Assembly: GCA_965220245.1 (NCBI GenBank)
Contig: CBDCPI010000013.1
Span: 456,900 to 520,899, forward strand
DNA from: Dehalococcoidia bacterium
GTDB lineage: Bacteria > Chloroflexota > Dehalococcoidia > Lucifugimonadales > UBA3495
Direction: 5' to 3'
Length of the DNA stretch: 64,000 nucleotides
Positions 62,847 to 64,000 of this stretch are shown in pieces (position 1 is the first letter of the stretch; each line of letters starts with the position of its first letter). A model generated the notes under the pieces. That model ran no database searches and was not told where the DNA came from. It was given only the letters and a program-made list of their open reading frames with translations. The position numbers and the translations under genes are program-made.

Positions 62847-63902
62847 CTAGTTGGGACCCGTGGGCGCTTGCTGTAGCTGCAAGAGGGCCAACTCAGCCCT
62901 CATGCTATCCACCAAGCCCAACTCTACGTAGCGTTTGGCAGTGCTGATGGCGCCAGCCACCCCTTCCGCCTTAGAAGAGCCATGGCCCAGCACCACCGCT
63001 CCGTTTACTCCGAACAATGGCCCGCCGACGGTCCGGGGAAGGTTGGTCAATTTCCAGAGCGAGGCGGCGATTTCCTTGACTTCCCTAGGAGACAGACGGG
63101 AGGCCAGTTGGGCCTCCAGAAACGGGAAGAGAGCGCTTCCCAGTCCTTCGGTGTATTTCAATAATATGTTGCCCACAAAGCCGTCGCACACGATCACGTC
63201 TGCCTTTTCGGTGAAAAAGTCCATGCCTTCCACATTGCCGACGAAGTTGAGGTGGCTTTCCTCGAAGATCTGATAGCTTTCTTGGACCTGGCGGTTGCCC
63301 TTAGCCGTTTCGGCTCCTACGCTAAGCAACGCCACCTTGGGGTCGGGGATGTCTAGGAATTTGCGGGCAAAAACTACGCCCAGAGCCGCGAAGTTCAGCA
63401 ACATAGCCGGGCGGCAATCAATGCTGCTGCCCATATCCACCAAGACCGTCCGCGGCGCCAATCCGAGAAACGGCCCGCCGATACAAGGCCGGTCCAAACC
63501 GTCCATCAGGCCCAACACCAGTACCGCGCCGGCCATCGAGGCCCCGGTGGACCCCATTGAAACCAGCACGTCGGCCTTACCGCTTTGCAGGACCTTCATC
63601 GCCACTAGAATTGAAGCTTGAGGGTTGTGCCGGATCGCCTGCACCGGATGCTCGTCGTCGCCGACTTTGCCTTGGGCCGGGACCACTTCGACTAAGTCTG
63701 GTTCCGGCGGCCGGTCAGCCAGGTCGTACTGGGCCAAGTGGCCGTTTATCTCTTCCGGATCGCCAACCAGTATCAGCTTGATGTTCTCAGACCTGAGAGC
63801 GTGGACCGCCCCTTTGACGGTTTCAACCGGCCCATGGTCGCCGCCCATCGCATCTACTACCACCCGGACCGGCTCTGAGTTCCAGTGCTGATTACTGGCC
63901 AT
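62847..63902 (-). CDS. plsX: Phosphate acyltransferase PlsX
   Basis: 351 aa. VVVDAMGGDHGP near the N-terminus, ...GNVEG.D... and ...GHGSS.A... motifs. Confidence 0.92.
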   Translation of the reverse strand: MASNQHWNSEPVRVVVDAMGGDHGPVETVKGAVHALRSENIKLILVGDPEEINGHLAQYDLADRPPEPDLVEVVPAQGKVGDDEHPVQAIRHNPQASILVAMKVLQSGKADVLVSMGSTGASMAGAVLVLGLMDGLDRPCIGGPFLGLAPRTVLVDMGSSIDCRPAMLLNFAALGVVFARKFLDIPDPKVALLSVGAETAKGNRQVQESYQIFEESHLNFVGNVEGMDFFTEKADVIVCDGFVGNILLKYTEGLGSALFPFLEAQLASRLSPREVKEIAASLWKLTNLPRTVGGPLFGVNGAVVLGHGSSKAEGVAGAISTAKRYVELGLVDSMRAELALLQLQQAPTGPN

Positions 63903-64000
63903 ATATCTCTTCCTTATGGTCTGGAATAACCGGGGACTGTTCGCGGTAACCTTGTCGGGCTTCCCTCCGGGACGCTGGCCGGTTGGGTGTCTCTGGTCAC

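Overview
GC-rich bacterial chromosomal window. It is mostly housekeeping and catabolic genes, with a few mobile and decayed patches. The mix of many LLM monooxygenases, amidohydrolases, a family-III CoA-transferase, a PyrR attenuator, SfsA and DUF951, plus abundant REP-like palindromes, suggests a Chloroflexota/SAR202-like organism. That is inference only.

Layout:
- 0-5.2 kb: tag, DSD1-like PLP enzyme, RidA, amidase, HpcH aldolase.
- 5.4-10.8 kb: a two-gene secreted module (metzincin-FN3 protein and an FN3 lipoprotein). An IS903-group IS splits it, and REP/MITE-like elements flank it.
- 11-19 kb: amidohydrolases, a DinB-like protein, tRNA-Val(TAC) and a DUF3999/DUF2339 membrane pair. The segment ends at a second, inverted, near-identical IS903-group copy.
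- 20.1-21.6 kb: a gene graveyard (ISAs1 transposase relic, LRR relic with an in-frame TGA).
- 21.6-45 kb: a coiled-coil/nuclease-like ORF, copper amine oxidase, hydrolases, a deleted LLM pseudogene, a hicAB-like relic, an orphan response regulator, a three-subunit Mo-hydroxylase, GGT, a pentapeptide-repeat protein with a degenerate TIR-like C-terminus, and an LLM/CaiB/SDR/hydrolase/cupin cluster. Also PaREP1-like, EndoIII-like, sfsA, pyrF, DUF951, LysR and ferredoxin genes.
- 46-64 kb: one long minus-strand string, plsX-fabG-PEP mutase-SWIM-PncA-like-vWA, then an IS66 insertion, then the pyr operon pyrR-pyrB-pyrC-carA-ORFan-carB with a classical PyrR attenuator.

I found no CRISPR array, rRNA or prophage. 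I do not see a convincing new multi-gene system. The best leads are the pentapeptide/TIR-like protein, the SWIM-PncA-vWA trio that lacks its usual AAA+ partner, the ORFan plus perfect hairpin inside the car operon, the coiled-coil/PD-(D/E)xK-like ORF, and a dispersed repeat family that mimics the IS66 terminus.
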